A stretch of 51,253 bases of DNA, the filler included, from Anaerolineae bacterium (GTDB lineage: Bacteria; Chloroflexota; Anaerolineae; Epilineales; Epilineaceae): assembly GCA_029262755.1 (NCBI GenBank). It is 9 parts of 9 records of this genome, joined end to end, with 100 filler letters (N's around TTAATTAATTAA, not from the genome) between each part and the next. Parts side by side here need not be neighbours in the genome. Positions count along the whole stretch, not along the records: positions 1 to 15,090 come from JAJCYU010000418.1; 8 more parts are not named here. The stretch is one strand, 5' to 3'. Made by a program: the position numbers and the translations under genes. Positions within the stretch are counted from its first letter, which is position 1. The number at the start of each line of letters is the position of its first letter. The notes below the pieces were generated by a model, which was not told the origin of the DNA, ran no database searches, and saw only the letters and a program-made list of their open reading frames with translations. Positions 1 to 8,013 of this stretch are shown piece by piece.

Positions 1-3000
1 GGCCAAGCCGTGGGGCAGCGGCAGCGCGCTGCCCGGCGGGGTCAGGCCCGCCACCAGGCGTAGGCTGCGCCAGTCCTGGGTTGCAGAAACGCCCGCGACG
101 ACTTCACCCCACGGGGTGTAGCGCAGGTCGTACACGGCCTCCTGCTCGCGCTTGAGCGTGCGTTCGGGATCGCCTGCGCTCGCGCCGGCGACGTGGAACA
201 CGCCGTTGGCCGTGAAGCGCGACGTGATCCGAACGTGGCGCACGGATTCGCTCGCGTTGCCCGGGTCCCACGCTTCGGGATCCTGGGCGAAGGTCGCGCT
301 GTAGGCATAGATGGCGTGCGGGCGCACGATCACCGGACCACCGCCGCTTTCGGCGCGTAGATCCGCCACGAGCGGCGCTCGATGCCAGCGCAGCTGCCGC
401 ACAAGCGTGCGGTGCATGTCGTCGGCGAATGCGTCCGCGGCGTCCGTGCCCGGTGCGGGCGTGACGGCCGGCCAGTCCCACGCGAGCGGCAAGGCGCCGA
501 GGGGGTCGAAGAAGCCGGCCGCCAAACCCTCCAGGTCATCTTGCAGCCAGACCCCGTCCACGCCGAGCGGTTGCTCGAGCAAGCTCGCGGCGAGCGCGGC
601 GCCCCAGCCGTGGCCCCACCAATCCGGCGCGCCGGGCTCGCGGTGGTTGAGCCGCTCCCAAGCGAGGGCGCGATCGCCTAGGCCGAAGGCCGCGTCGAGT
701 CGCGCCAGCGGGCCGGGAAGATCGAAGAGGTGCGGGCCCCGCGCTTCGGGTGCGATCGGCCAATGCCAACTGTTCCACGGCGTGCTCTCGGCGCGGCCGT
801 CTTGGTGGAAGGTCGCGCGCACCTGCGCGCCCGCGCCGAGCGCCGCGCCGCGTACGATCGCCTCGACCCAGCCGTGCTCGTCCAGGCCGAGCTCGATCGC
901 AACGCGCTTCGCTGCGGGCACGAGCGGGGATGCGGCGCCGGGCCGCTGCACGGTGACGCTGCCCGCCGTGCTCTCCACGACCAGCCGACCGCCCCAGCGC
1001 GTGGGCACCCACAGCCGGTAGCAGCCCGGCTCGTGCGCTGCTGTATGCCAATCGCCGAGCGGGAGAACCTCGTATTCGCCGCGGCTCACGCAGTCGCCGC
1101 CGGTGGGCGTAGCGGTGGGCGGCGGCGCCGGCGTCGGCTCGATGGGCGTCGGCACGGGCGTACCGTCGGGCGGCGCCGTGCTCGGACGTTGGCCGAAGCG
1201 CAGCACGCGTGGCTGCTCGCCGGGGAAGCCGTAGACCCGCACGGTAGAGCGCGCCGCCGTCGTCGCGGACCAGCCCGTCAAGGGATCGATCGAGATCGTG
1301 TAATCGCCCGGCCGGGTGACCTCGAAGGCGAAGGCACCCTGGTCATCGCTCGTCGCGGCGCTTGTCTCCGGACCTCCGAGCCGCAGCGTTCGACCGGCGA
1401 GCGGTGGTTCGGCGTCGGGCACCGGCGGGCCGCCCGGACCCCCGTCCCATACACCGTTGCCGTTGACGTCGTGGAACACGGCGCCGGTCAGGCGCACCGT
1501 GGGCGCCACGATGGTCAGCCCGCATTCCGCGGTGGCCAACAGGCCGTCCGCGGCGGCAGTCAGGCGCAGGATGGCGGCACCCGCCGGCGGCCGCGCCTCG
1601 AAGCTGCGACGGCGCTGCGTGCCGGTCGCCACGGTCTCACGCCGTAGCACGCGCGTGTTGCCCTCCGCGTCGATCCACTCCAGCGTCAGCTCGGCACGCG
1701 GCACATCGATGCCCGATGCCTCGTAGCGCACGTCAACGGGGTCGCCGACGAGGTACACGGGTGCGTCGCCCGTCTCCCGGCAACCGAGATCCGTGGCGAT
1801 CGTCGCGCTCAGCCGCCGCTCGAGACCCGGCGTCTCGCCCTCCAGCCGGACGGCGAACAGCGGTCGGCGCGGATCGTTGCTGAGCAGGATCAGGTAGTCG
1901 TCGAAGCGTCCGTCCGTCGGCGGCGAGAAGACGATGCGCAGCGTTTGCTCGCCTCCCACCGGTAGCGTGAAAGGAGGCGCATCGGCCGCCGCCACGGCAA
2001 ACGCGGAGGCCGCCCGCCGCTGCGGCTCGGCAGCGCTGACCGTGAGCGGCGCCCCGCCGACGTTGCGCACGACCAACGACGCCGTCGATGCCCCGCCGGC
2101 GGCCACGGACGGCGCCGTCACGGTGGCGGGCGAGGCAGCGATCACCGGTGGCCCCCCGGTAACGACGCGGTACGTGCAGTCCGCCTCCGCATCCGGCGGG
2201 CTCCCACCTGGGCCCACGCCTGGATCCGAGTGCCAGACCGAGAGCCGCAGCTCGTGGTCACCGAGCGGCGGGCCAACTTGGCCCTGCAAGCCGTACCAGG
2301 CATCGCCGCCGATGACCTGCCGCGCGACGACCTCGCGCACCCGCCCGTCGGGGAGCGTCAACGTGACGCGGACCCAAGCCGCGGATACCCCGTCGACACG
2401 CACGCGGACCGTAAGGACTTCGCCCACCAGGACGAGGGCCGCGTCACCGGTTTGCAGGCAGCCGTGGTCGGTGGTCAGCCGCGGCTGAAGTACGGGTTCC
2501 TCGCCCGCGATCCGCCGGCCGAAGAGCACGAAGGGAACGGCCCACGGCAGGTCGGGAAAGCGGAAGGCCACCCGCGCCGGCGTGGTGGGCCGCCACCCCG
2601 GCTCTTCCAACGCCGACAGGAGAAAGCTCCCCTCGCCCTCACCCGCAATAGAGGCAACGAGCCCTGCACGGCCGTTGGCATCCGTATCGACCTCGCGGAC
2701 CGCGCCGGAGGGCGCCGTCAAGCGCAGCCGCCGTCCGGCGAGGCCGAGCTCGTCCTCGTCCCAGCCGCCATCGCCGTCCGTGTCATCGAAGAGGTAGGCC
2801 ACGGCCAGCCGCTCCGCGGGCCCGAGCGCGACCACGTGCAGCCGCGTGCGGATCTGGGCGCGCACCGTGACGTCCGCCTGCTCGTCCTCTGCGACAACCG
2901 TGAAGGTGATCTCCAAGGGCGCATCCGGCGCGGTCACCTGCGCGGCGCCGGGCGCAAAGCGCAAGCGTCCGGTCACGCGGGCCGTCCCGCTCACGGGCTC

Positions 3001-4065
3001 GCTTGCCTCGACGCCGCCGCTCACGGCCAAGAAACGCGCCCCGGCCGGCAACGGAGCAGCCTCGACGCGCAAGGGCGCTCCCGCCTGGGTCGCGGACACG
3101 ACGGCCCACGCGGTCACCGTCTGCACGAACGCGGATCCGGCCAGGACGGTGCAATCCAAGGTCGGCGGCTCCGCCTGATGCAGCGCGATGCACCCCGGCG
3201 TGGACCCGGACTGGATACCGTAGCGCAGACCGGACTGCTGGAGCCCGGTGGGGGCGGCGAAGACGGAGGCGACGGCGGAGGCGACGGCGGAGGCCGTGGT
3301 GGCCGTGGTGGCCGTGGAGGCCGTGGAGGCCGGGTCGACTGGGTCGACTGGGTCGACCGGGTCGACCGGGTCGACCTTGAGGGCGAAATCGTTGCGCCGG
3401 GGATCCTGTTCGAGCGCAGGGAGAGCGTCGAGACCGCGTCCGACCGTGTTCTTGGCATCGTGGTTGTTTGGGTGAACCTGCGCATGCGCGCTTGCTCGTG
3501 CGTCAGCGCCGCTTTCGCCGGTGTTCCGTTCGCGTGCGAGATCGGAGATCGCGTCGAAACCAGTGGCTGACTCGGCCCCACGAATCGCCGGCACCGTGCC
3601 AGCGACGTCATGCGCAGAAGCGCTGTCAGTCCCCGGGGAGATCGGCTGGGCCCTGGACGACGAAACAGGCGCGGAAGCGGCAGCCGTAAGCACGATCAGG
3701 AGAAGGACGACCAACCGAGTCAATCGGCGTACCGGTCTGAAGGAAGACGTGGCGGCCACGGGAAGGCGTGATGTACGTGCTTCGCCCGACGCGGGAACAT
3801 CGCGCTGCGCGCGCCCGTAGCGGGACGCGACTGCACGACGGATCGCGCGACCGGCGGTGATCGCACCGGCATAGCCGATCGCGCCAACGGCGCGAATCGA
3901 ACGAGCCGATCGCGCCACATGGTCCACGATGGCACCGCGTACCCCGCGACGCCGACGCGACTCACTGCGATCGCCGGCAAGCGCGCTGCGACGCGCCCCG
4001 GTCGCGCGACCGGCAGTCGCTTCGCCCGTCACGCTGGTTTCTTGCCGTCCGTCGTCGCGAACCAT
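1..4065 (-). CDS. Large secreted multidomain protein, 3'-partial (two SdrD-B-like domains, ASH/choice-of-anchor-D-like domain, P/T linker, transglutaminase-elicitor-like domain); absent from the ORF track
   Basis: Hand translation of the minus frame found no stop in the stretches checked between 4065 and base 1. ATG at 4065 follows GAGGAG; GTG at 3759 is an alternative start before the signal-like RRLTRLVVLLLIVLTAAASA. Motifs: YLFDDTDGDGGWDEDE, GAVFHDVNGNGVWDG, LVVRNVGGAPLTV...LILLSNDP, PWNSWHWP...WERLNH...WWGHGWG. Confidence 0.75.
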   Translation of the reverse strand, partial: MVRDDGRQETSVTGEATAGRATGARRSALAGDRSESRRRRGVRGAIVDHVARSARSIRAVGAIGYAGAITAGRAIRRAVASRYGRAQRDVPASGEARTSRLPVAATSSFRPVRRLTRLVVLLLIVLTAAASAPVSSSRAQPISPGTDSASAHDVAGTVPAIRGAESATGFDAISDLARERNTGESGADARASAHAQVHPNNHDAKNTVGRGLDALPALEQDPRRNDFALKVDPVDPVDPVDPVDPASTASTATTATTASAVASAVASVFAAPTGLQQSGLRYGIQSGSTPGCIALHQAEPPTLDCTVLAGSAFVQTVTAWAVVSATQAGAPLRVEAAPLPAGARFLAVSGGVEASEPVSGTARVTGRLRFAPGAAQVTAPDAPLEITFTVVAEDEQADVTVRAQIRTRLHVVALGPAERLAVAYLFDDTDGDGGWDEDELGLAGRRLRLTAPSGAVREVDTDANGRAGLVASIAGEGEGSFLLSALEEPGWRPTTPARVAFRFPDLPWAVPFVLFGRRIAGEEPVLQPRLTTDHGCLQTGDAALVLVGEVLTVRVRVDGVSAAWVRVTLTLPDGRVREVVARQVIGGDAWYGLQGQVGPPLGDHELRLSVWHSDPGVGPGGSPPDAEADCTYRVVTGGPPVIAASPATVTAPSVAAGGASTASLVVRNVGGAPLTVSAAEPQRRAASAFAVAAADAPPFTLPVGGEQTLRIVFSPPTDGRFDDYLILLSNDPRRPLFAVRLEGETPGLERRLSATIATDLGCRETGDAPVYLVGDPVDVRYEASGIDVPRAELTLEWIDAEGNTRVLRRETVATGTQRRRSFEARPPAGAAILRLTAAADGLLATAECGLTIVAPTVRLTGAVFHDVNGNGVWDGGPGGPPVPDAEPPLAGRTLRLGGPETSAATSDDQGAFAFEVTRPGDYTISIDPLTGWSATTAARSTVRVYGFPGEQPRVLRFGQRPSTAPPDGTPVPTPIEPTPAPPPTATPTGGDCVSRGEYEVLPLGDWHTAAHEPGCYRLWVPTRWGGRLVVESTAGSVTVQRPGAASPLVPAAKRVAIELGLDEHGWVEAIVRGAALGAGAQVRATFHQDGRAESTPWNSWHWPIAPEARGPHLFDLPGPLARLDAAFGLGDRALAWERLNHREPGAPDWWGHGWGAALAASLLEQPLGVDGVWLQDDLEGLAAGFFDPLGALPLAWDWPAVTPAPGTDAADAFADDMHRTLVRQLRWHRAPLVADLRAESGGGPVIVRPHAIYAYSATFAQDPEAWDPGNASESVRHVRITSRFTANGVFHVAGASAGDPERTLKREQEAVYDLRYTPWGEVVAGVSATQDWRSLRLVAGLTPPGSALPLPHGLA
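3262..3376. repeat. In-frame coding tandem repeats of 9 and 12 bp, encoding (VDP)5, (AST/ATT)n and (ASAV)n
   Basis: gggtcgac(t/c) x5, gg(a/t)ggccgt x5 and ggcggaggcgac-like units read directly from the sequence. Confidence 0.9.
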
Positions 4066-4353
4066 GGAACTCCTCGTAAAACAACGATCGTGGCACCCAC
4101 GACCGGCCGCGCTCCCACGGTCGACCGGCGTTCGGCGACCGCAAAAAACCGCGGATCGCGTCTGCCGCAGGGCACCATTCGGCGGGACCGGGTCGCCCTT
4201 CGCCCTACGATCATCAACCTGTCGTTTCGCGACGTCCGATTCTGATCTCCCTGCGCTGCTTGGCGCAACGCGACAGGACGACCAACCACAACCATGCGCG
4301 CCGAAACCCGACCAACCAACGTTCGGCTCGTGCCTTTTGCGGGATGGGGCGTA

Positions 4354-4359
4354 TATAAT
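4354..4359 (+). promoter_or_regulatory. Putative sigma70 -10 box for the permease operon
   Basis: Perfect TATAAT in very GC-rich DNA about 100 bp upstream of the ATG at 4456; the -35 box is poor. Confidence 0.5.
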
Positions 4360-4455
4360 CCGCGGCGCAAGCAGCATTGTCGAGCCGGCGCCCGAGTCCC
4401 TTCTCGAGCACAACGAGATCGGACCGGGCGCGTTACGTGAGAGGAAGGTGCCAAC

Positions 4456-6402
4456 ATGGCCGAACAGGTCAGCGTGCTTCCGGCGGTATCGTCGGGCGGG
4501 CACATCACCGAGCATAAGCGCGGCGGGCTCGGCGAGTTGGCGGCCACCGCCATCTGCGGCAACGACATCACCTCATCGTGCTTGTACGTTTCGGCGCTCG
4601 CCATTCTAGCTGCCGGCGCGTGGGCGCCGCTCGCCCTGCTTGGCGTTGCGGGCGTCCTGTTCCTCTTTCGCAGCATTTACGGCGAGGTAGTCGGCGCGCT
4701 GCCGCTGAACGGCGGCGCCTACAATGCCCTGCTCAACACGACGAGCAAGTGGCTGGCCTCGATGGCGGCCTGCCTGACGCTGCTGTCCTACATGGCCACC
4801 GCCGTGATTTCCTCGCTCGAGGCGATGCACTACCTCGAGAGCTTCCTGCACGGCCTCGTCAAGCTGCCCCTGATCGGTCCGCCCGTCGCGGGCCTGTGGA
4901 ACGGCATCTGGTCGGGCCTCATGTCCATCGGGCCGCTGGCGGCCGTCTTGCCGGCAGAGCCGCACTTTCCCGTGTTTTTCTTTACGCTCGTCGTGCTGGC
5001 CGTGTTCATGGGCCTGACGGTCTTGGGTATCAGCGAGTCGGCGCGGGTGGCCATCTTCATCTTCATCACGCACATGGTAACGCTCACGGTCCTGTTGGTC
5101 ATTGGCCTGCTGGCACTGCTCAACGGCGGCATGGACGTGTTCCGTGCGAACCTCGCGGCACCACTGCCCGAGGCCACGAACGGCCTTGTATGGCTCGCCA
5201 TCTTCTTCGGATTCTCGGCGGCCATGCTCGGTATCTCCGGCTTCGAGAGCTCTTCGAACTTCGTCGAAGAGCAAGCCGAGGGCGTGTTCCCCAAGACGCT
5301 GCGCAACATGTGGATCGCGGTGAGCGTGTTCAACCCCGCGATGGCCTTCCTGGCGCTGGCCCTGGTGCCGATCGTGGCGACGCCGGGCGGCGCAGACACG
5401 ATCGTGATGCACGAAGAGTCACTCCTATCGCACATGGGGATGATCGCGGGCGGCCAGACCTTCGGTCCGTGGCTGGCATCGCTGATCAGCTTGGACGCGG
5501 CGCTTGTACTCAACGGCGCGGTGCTGACGTCCTTCGTCGGCGTGTCCGGCCTCGTGCGCCGTATGACCTTGGACCGCGTGCTGCCCCAGTTTCTGCTCAA
5601 GCAGAACCGCCGGGGCTCTACCCACCGCATCATCGTCGCCTTCTTCCTGCTGAGCGCCTCCGTGCTGTTCATTACGGGCGGCGATCTGCGGGCCTTGGCC
5701 GGTGTCTACACGCTGTCCTTCCTGGCCGTCATGATGCTCTTCGGCTTCGGCAACATCCTGCTGAAGGTGCGCCGCGCACGGCTTCCACGGCCGGAACACG
5801 CGCCATGGCTCGCGGTCATCGGCGGCATCCTGGCGGTCATGGCGGGGCTTGTCGGCAACGTCATGCTGCATCCGGAGTACACACGGGTCTTCCTCGGCTA
5901 CTTCGTCCCCACCGCGTTGGTCGTCGGGATCATGCTCAGCCGGATCGGCCTGCTACGGGTGCTGCTGTTCTTCGTGCATGAGGTCTCGGAGTCCATCGGC
6001 AACCTGACCGAAGACCTAACCGCGCGCTTCCTGCGCAAGATCGACGAAATCAACTCGCAGCAGATCGTCTTCTTCACCCGCGGAGACAACGCCGCGATGC
6101 TGCACGAGGCCATGCAGTACGTCCGCAACAACGAGCACACGAACCGCATGAAGGTGGTCACCGTGGTGCGCGAGGGGGAGGAAGCACCACCTGGGCTAGA
6201 GGTGGATCTGGAATTCCTCGACCGCGTCTACCCGGACATCGACGTGGAGTTCGTGGTGCTGGAAGGCACCTTCGGCCCCGAGTTGATCCATGAACTGGCG
6301 AAGCGTTGGAACATTCCGCCCAACTTCATGTTCATCGGCTCGCCTGGCGATCATTTCCTCTACGGTCTGGCCGAGCTCGGCGGCGTACGTCTGATCGTCT
6401 GA
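4456..6402 (+). CDS. APC-superfamily permease with a C-terminal cytoplasmic (USP-like) domain
   Basis: 648 aa with many TM helices; ATAICGNDITSSCLYV, ALPLNGGAYNALLN and GISGFESSSNFVEEQ motifs; GAGGAAGG RBS. Confidence 0.85.
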   Translation: MAEQVSVLPAVSSGGHITEHKRGGLGELAATAICGNDITSSCLYVSALAILAAGAWAPLALLGVAGVLFLFRSIYGEVVGALPLNGGAYNALLNTTSKWLASMAACLTLLSYMATAVISSLEAMHYLESFLHGLVKLPLIGPPVAGLWNGIWSGLMSIGPLAAVLPAEPHFPVFFFTLVVLAVFMGLTVLGISESARVAIFIFITHMVTLTVLLVIGLLALLNGGMDVFRANLAAPLPEATNGLVWLAIFFGFSAAMLGISGFESSSNFVEEQAEGVFPKTLRNMWIAVSVFNPAMAFLALALVPIVATPGGADTIVMHEESLLSHMGMIAGGQTFGPWLASLISLDAALVLNGAVLTSFVGVSGLVRRMTLDRVLPQFLLKQNRRGSTHRIIVAFFLLSASVLFITGGDLRALAGVYTLSFLAVMMLFGFGNILLKVRRARLPRPEHAPWLAVIGGILAVMAGLVGNVMLHPEYTRVFLGYFVPTALVVGIMLSRIGLLRVLLFFVHEVSESIGNLTEDLTARFLRKIDEINSQQIVFFTRGDNAAMLHEAMQYVRNNEHTNRMKVVTVVREGEEAPPGLEVDLEFLDRVYPDIDVEFVVLEGTFGPELIHELAKRWNIPPNFMFIGSPGDHFLYGLAELGGVRLIV

Positions 6403-6427
6403 TACCCCGCGCACCAGGAGCAAGCTC

Positions 6428-6757
6428 GTGAAGCTGGTATTGGTCGTCCACAAGAACACGACCGCCCTCGAGGCCTTCATGCACGCGGTGCGCAAGGAGA
6501 CCTTGGCCGGCGTAACGATGGTGCCCTCGACGGGCTTCGGTCGCTCGAGCGGCAAGTCCTACGAAGAGTTTCAGTTCAGCATCCCGAGCGTCTTAGCCAG
6601 CCGCTACGTGCGCAACACGACCCTGATCTCCGTCGTGGCGGATGAGCGCGTCGAGCGCATGATCGAGCTGATCTACGAGCACATCCCCGACATCGACGAG
6701 GAAGGCGGCGGCTTGTACGCCGTGTTGCCGATCGATCAAGCAGGGGGCATGGCTTGA
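6428..6757 (+). CDS. PII-like small regulatory protein
   Basis: 109 aa; MKLVLVV start, GVTMVPSTGFGR T-loop base, C-terminal GGGLYAVLPIDQAGGM. Confidence 0.7.
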   Translation: MKLVLVVHKNTTALEAFMHAVRKETLAGVTMVPSTGFGRSSGKSYEEFQFSIPSVLASRYVRNTTLISVVADERVERMIELIYEHIPDIDEEGGGLYAVLPIDQAGGMA

Positions 6758-8013
6758 CGCCGTTTCTGGAACTGCTGCTGCTGCTGACGGTGATCGTCAT
6801 CGGCGCCAAACTGGCCGGCACGCTCGCGGCCCGCTTCGGGCAGCCGAGCGTGTTGGGCGAGATCCTCTTCGGACTCGTGCTCGGCCCGAGCCTGATCGAC
6901 ATCGAGCACCTTCAGTTAGCGGGCGCGCTCCTCTTCGGCCACGGCGAGGTAGTCTTCGAGACCACGCACCTGTTGGCGGAGCTCGGCGTCGTGCTGCTGA
7001 TGTTCCTGGCGGGTATGGAGACCGATCTGGTCGGCCTGCGCCGCGTGGGACTGCCGGCAACCAGCAGCGCCCTCGGCGGCGTGATCCTGCCCTTCTTGGG
7101 CGGCTGGCTGATCGGCGGCGCTGTGGGCCTGGAAACGATCGAGGCCGTTTTTCTCGGAACCATCCTGACCGCAACCAGCGTCTCGATCAGCGCACAGACG
7201 CTCATCGAGCTGGGCCATCTGCGCTCCAAGGAGGGCTCGACGATCCTCGGCGCCGCCGTGATCGACGACGTCATCGGCATCTTGCTGCTCTCGATCGTGA
7301 TCGCCACCGCCGGCACAGGCGGCGGCGAGCCCGACCCGATCTGGTGGATCGGCGCGCGCATCGTGCTCTTCTTCGGCATCGGCCTGCTGCTCTCGCGCCC
7401 CGTGCGCGCGATGCTGCGCCGCTTCTCGCGCCTCCCGATCAGCGAGCCTTTGCTGGCCGGCGCGCTGGCGATCGTCTTCGGCTATGCCTGGGCGGCCGAG
7501 GCCATGGGCGGCGTGGCGGCCATCACCGGCGCCTACCTCGCCGGCATCATCCTGGCGCAAAGCGAGATGGCCCACACCCTCGAGGAGAAGGCCCAGGCGT
7601 TGGTCTACGGCCTGTTCGTGCCGATTTTCTTTGTCGATATCGGCTTGCAGGCCGACCTGCGCGAGCTCTTGCACGCCGGTCCGGCCATGGTCCGCCTCGC
7701 GCTCTGGGTGTCCGTGATCGCCGTCTTGTCCAAGATCGTCGGCTCCGGCCTCGGCGCGCTGCTCACGCGCTTCCGTCCCATCGAAGCCCTGCGCGTCGGA
7801 ACCGGCATGGTCAGCCGCGGCGAGGTCGGCCTGATCGTGGCCAACGTCGGTATCGGTGCGGGCCTCATCTCACGCGACCTGTTCAGCGTGGTCGTGTTGA
7901 TGGTCATCGTGACCACGCTCGTGACGCCGCTGCTATTGCGTTGGACCTTCCCGCCGGCACCCGAGGACGATGGCGAGGGCGCTCCGGATCGAGCACGCAC
8001 TAGCGCGCCGTAG
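6754..8013 (+). CDS. Cation:proton antiporter, CPA2 (NapA/GerN-like)
   Basis: GQPSVLGEIL, LTATSVSIS, ILGAAVIDD and GMVSRGEVGLI motifs; TTG start overlaps the upstream stop. Confidence 0.9.
   Translation: MTPFLELLLLLTVIVIGAKLAGTLAARFGQPSVLGEILFGLVLGPSLIDIEHLQLAGALLFGHGEVVFETTHLLAELGVVLLMFLAGMETDLVGLRRVGLPATSSALGGVILPFLGGWLIGGAVGLETIEAVFLGTILTATSVSISAQTLIELGHLRSKEGSTILGAAVIDDVIGILLLSIVIATAGTGGGEPDPIWWIGARIVLFFGIGLLLSRPVRAMLRRFSRLPISEPLLAGALAIVFGYAWAAEAMGGVAAITGAYLAGIILAQSEMAHTLEEKAQALVYGLFVPIFFVDIGLQADLRELLHAGPAMVRLALWVSVIAVLSKIVGSGLGALLTRFRPIEALRVGTGMVSRGEVGLIVANVGIGAGLISRDLFSVVVLMVIVTTLVTPLLLRWTFPPAPEDDGEGAPDRARTSAP

Noticed and set aside
4066..4455. c-di-AMP (ydaO) or other riboswitch upstream of the permease
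   Set aside because: I could not identify the conserved motifs, and the likely -10 box leaves only about 90 nt of leader. An Rfam scan would settle it.
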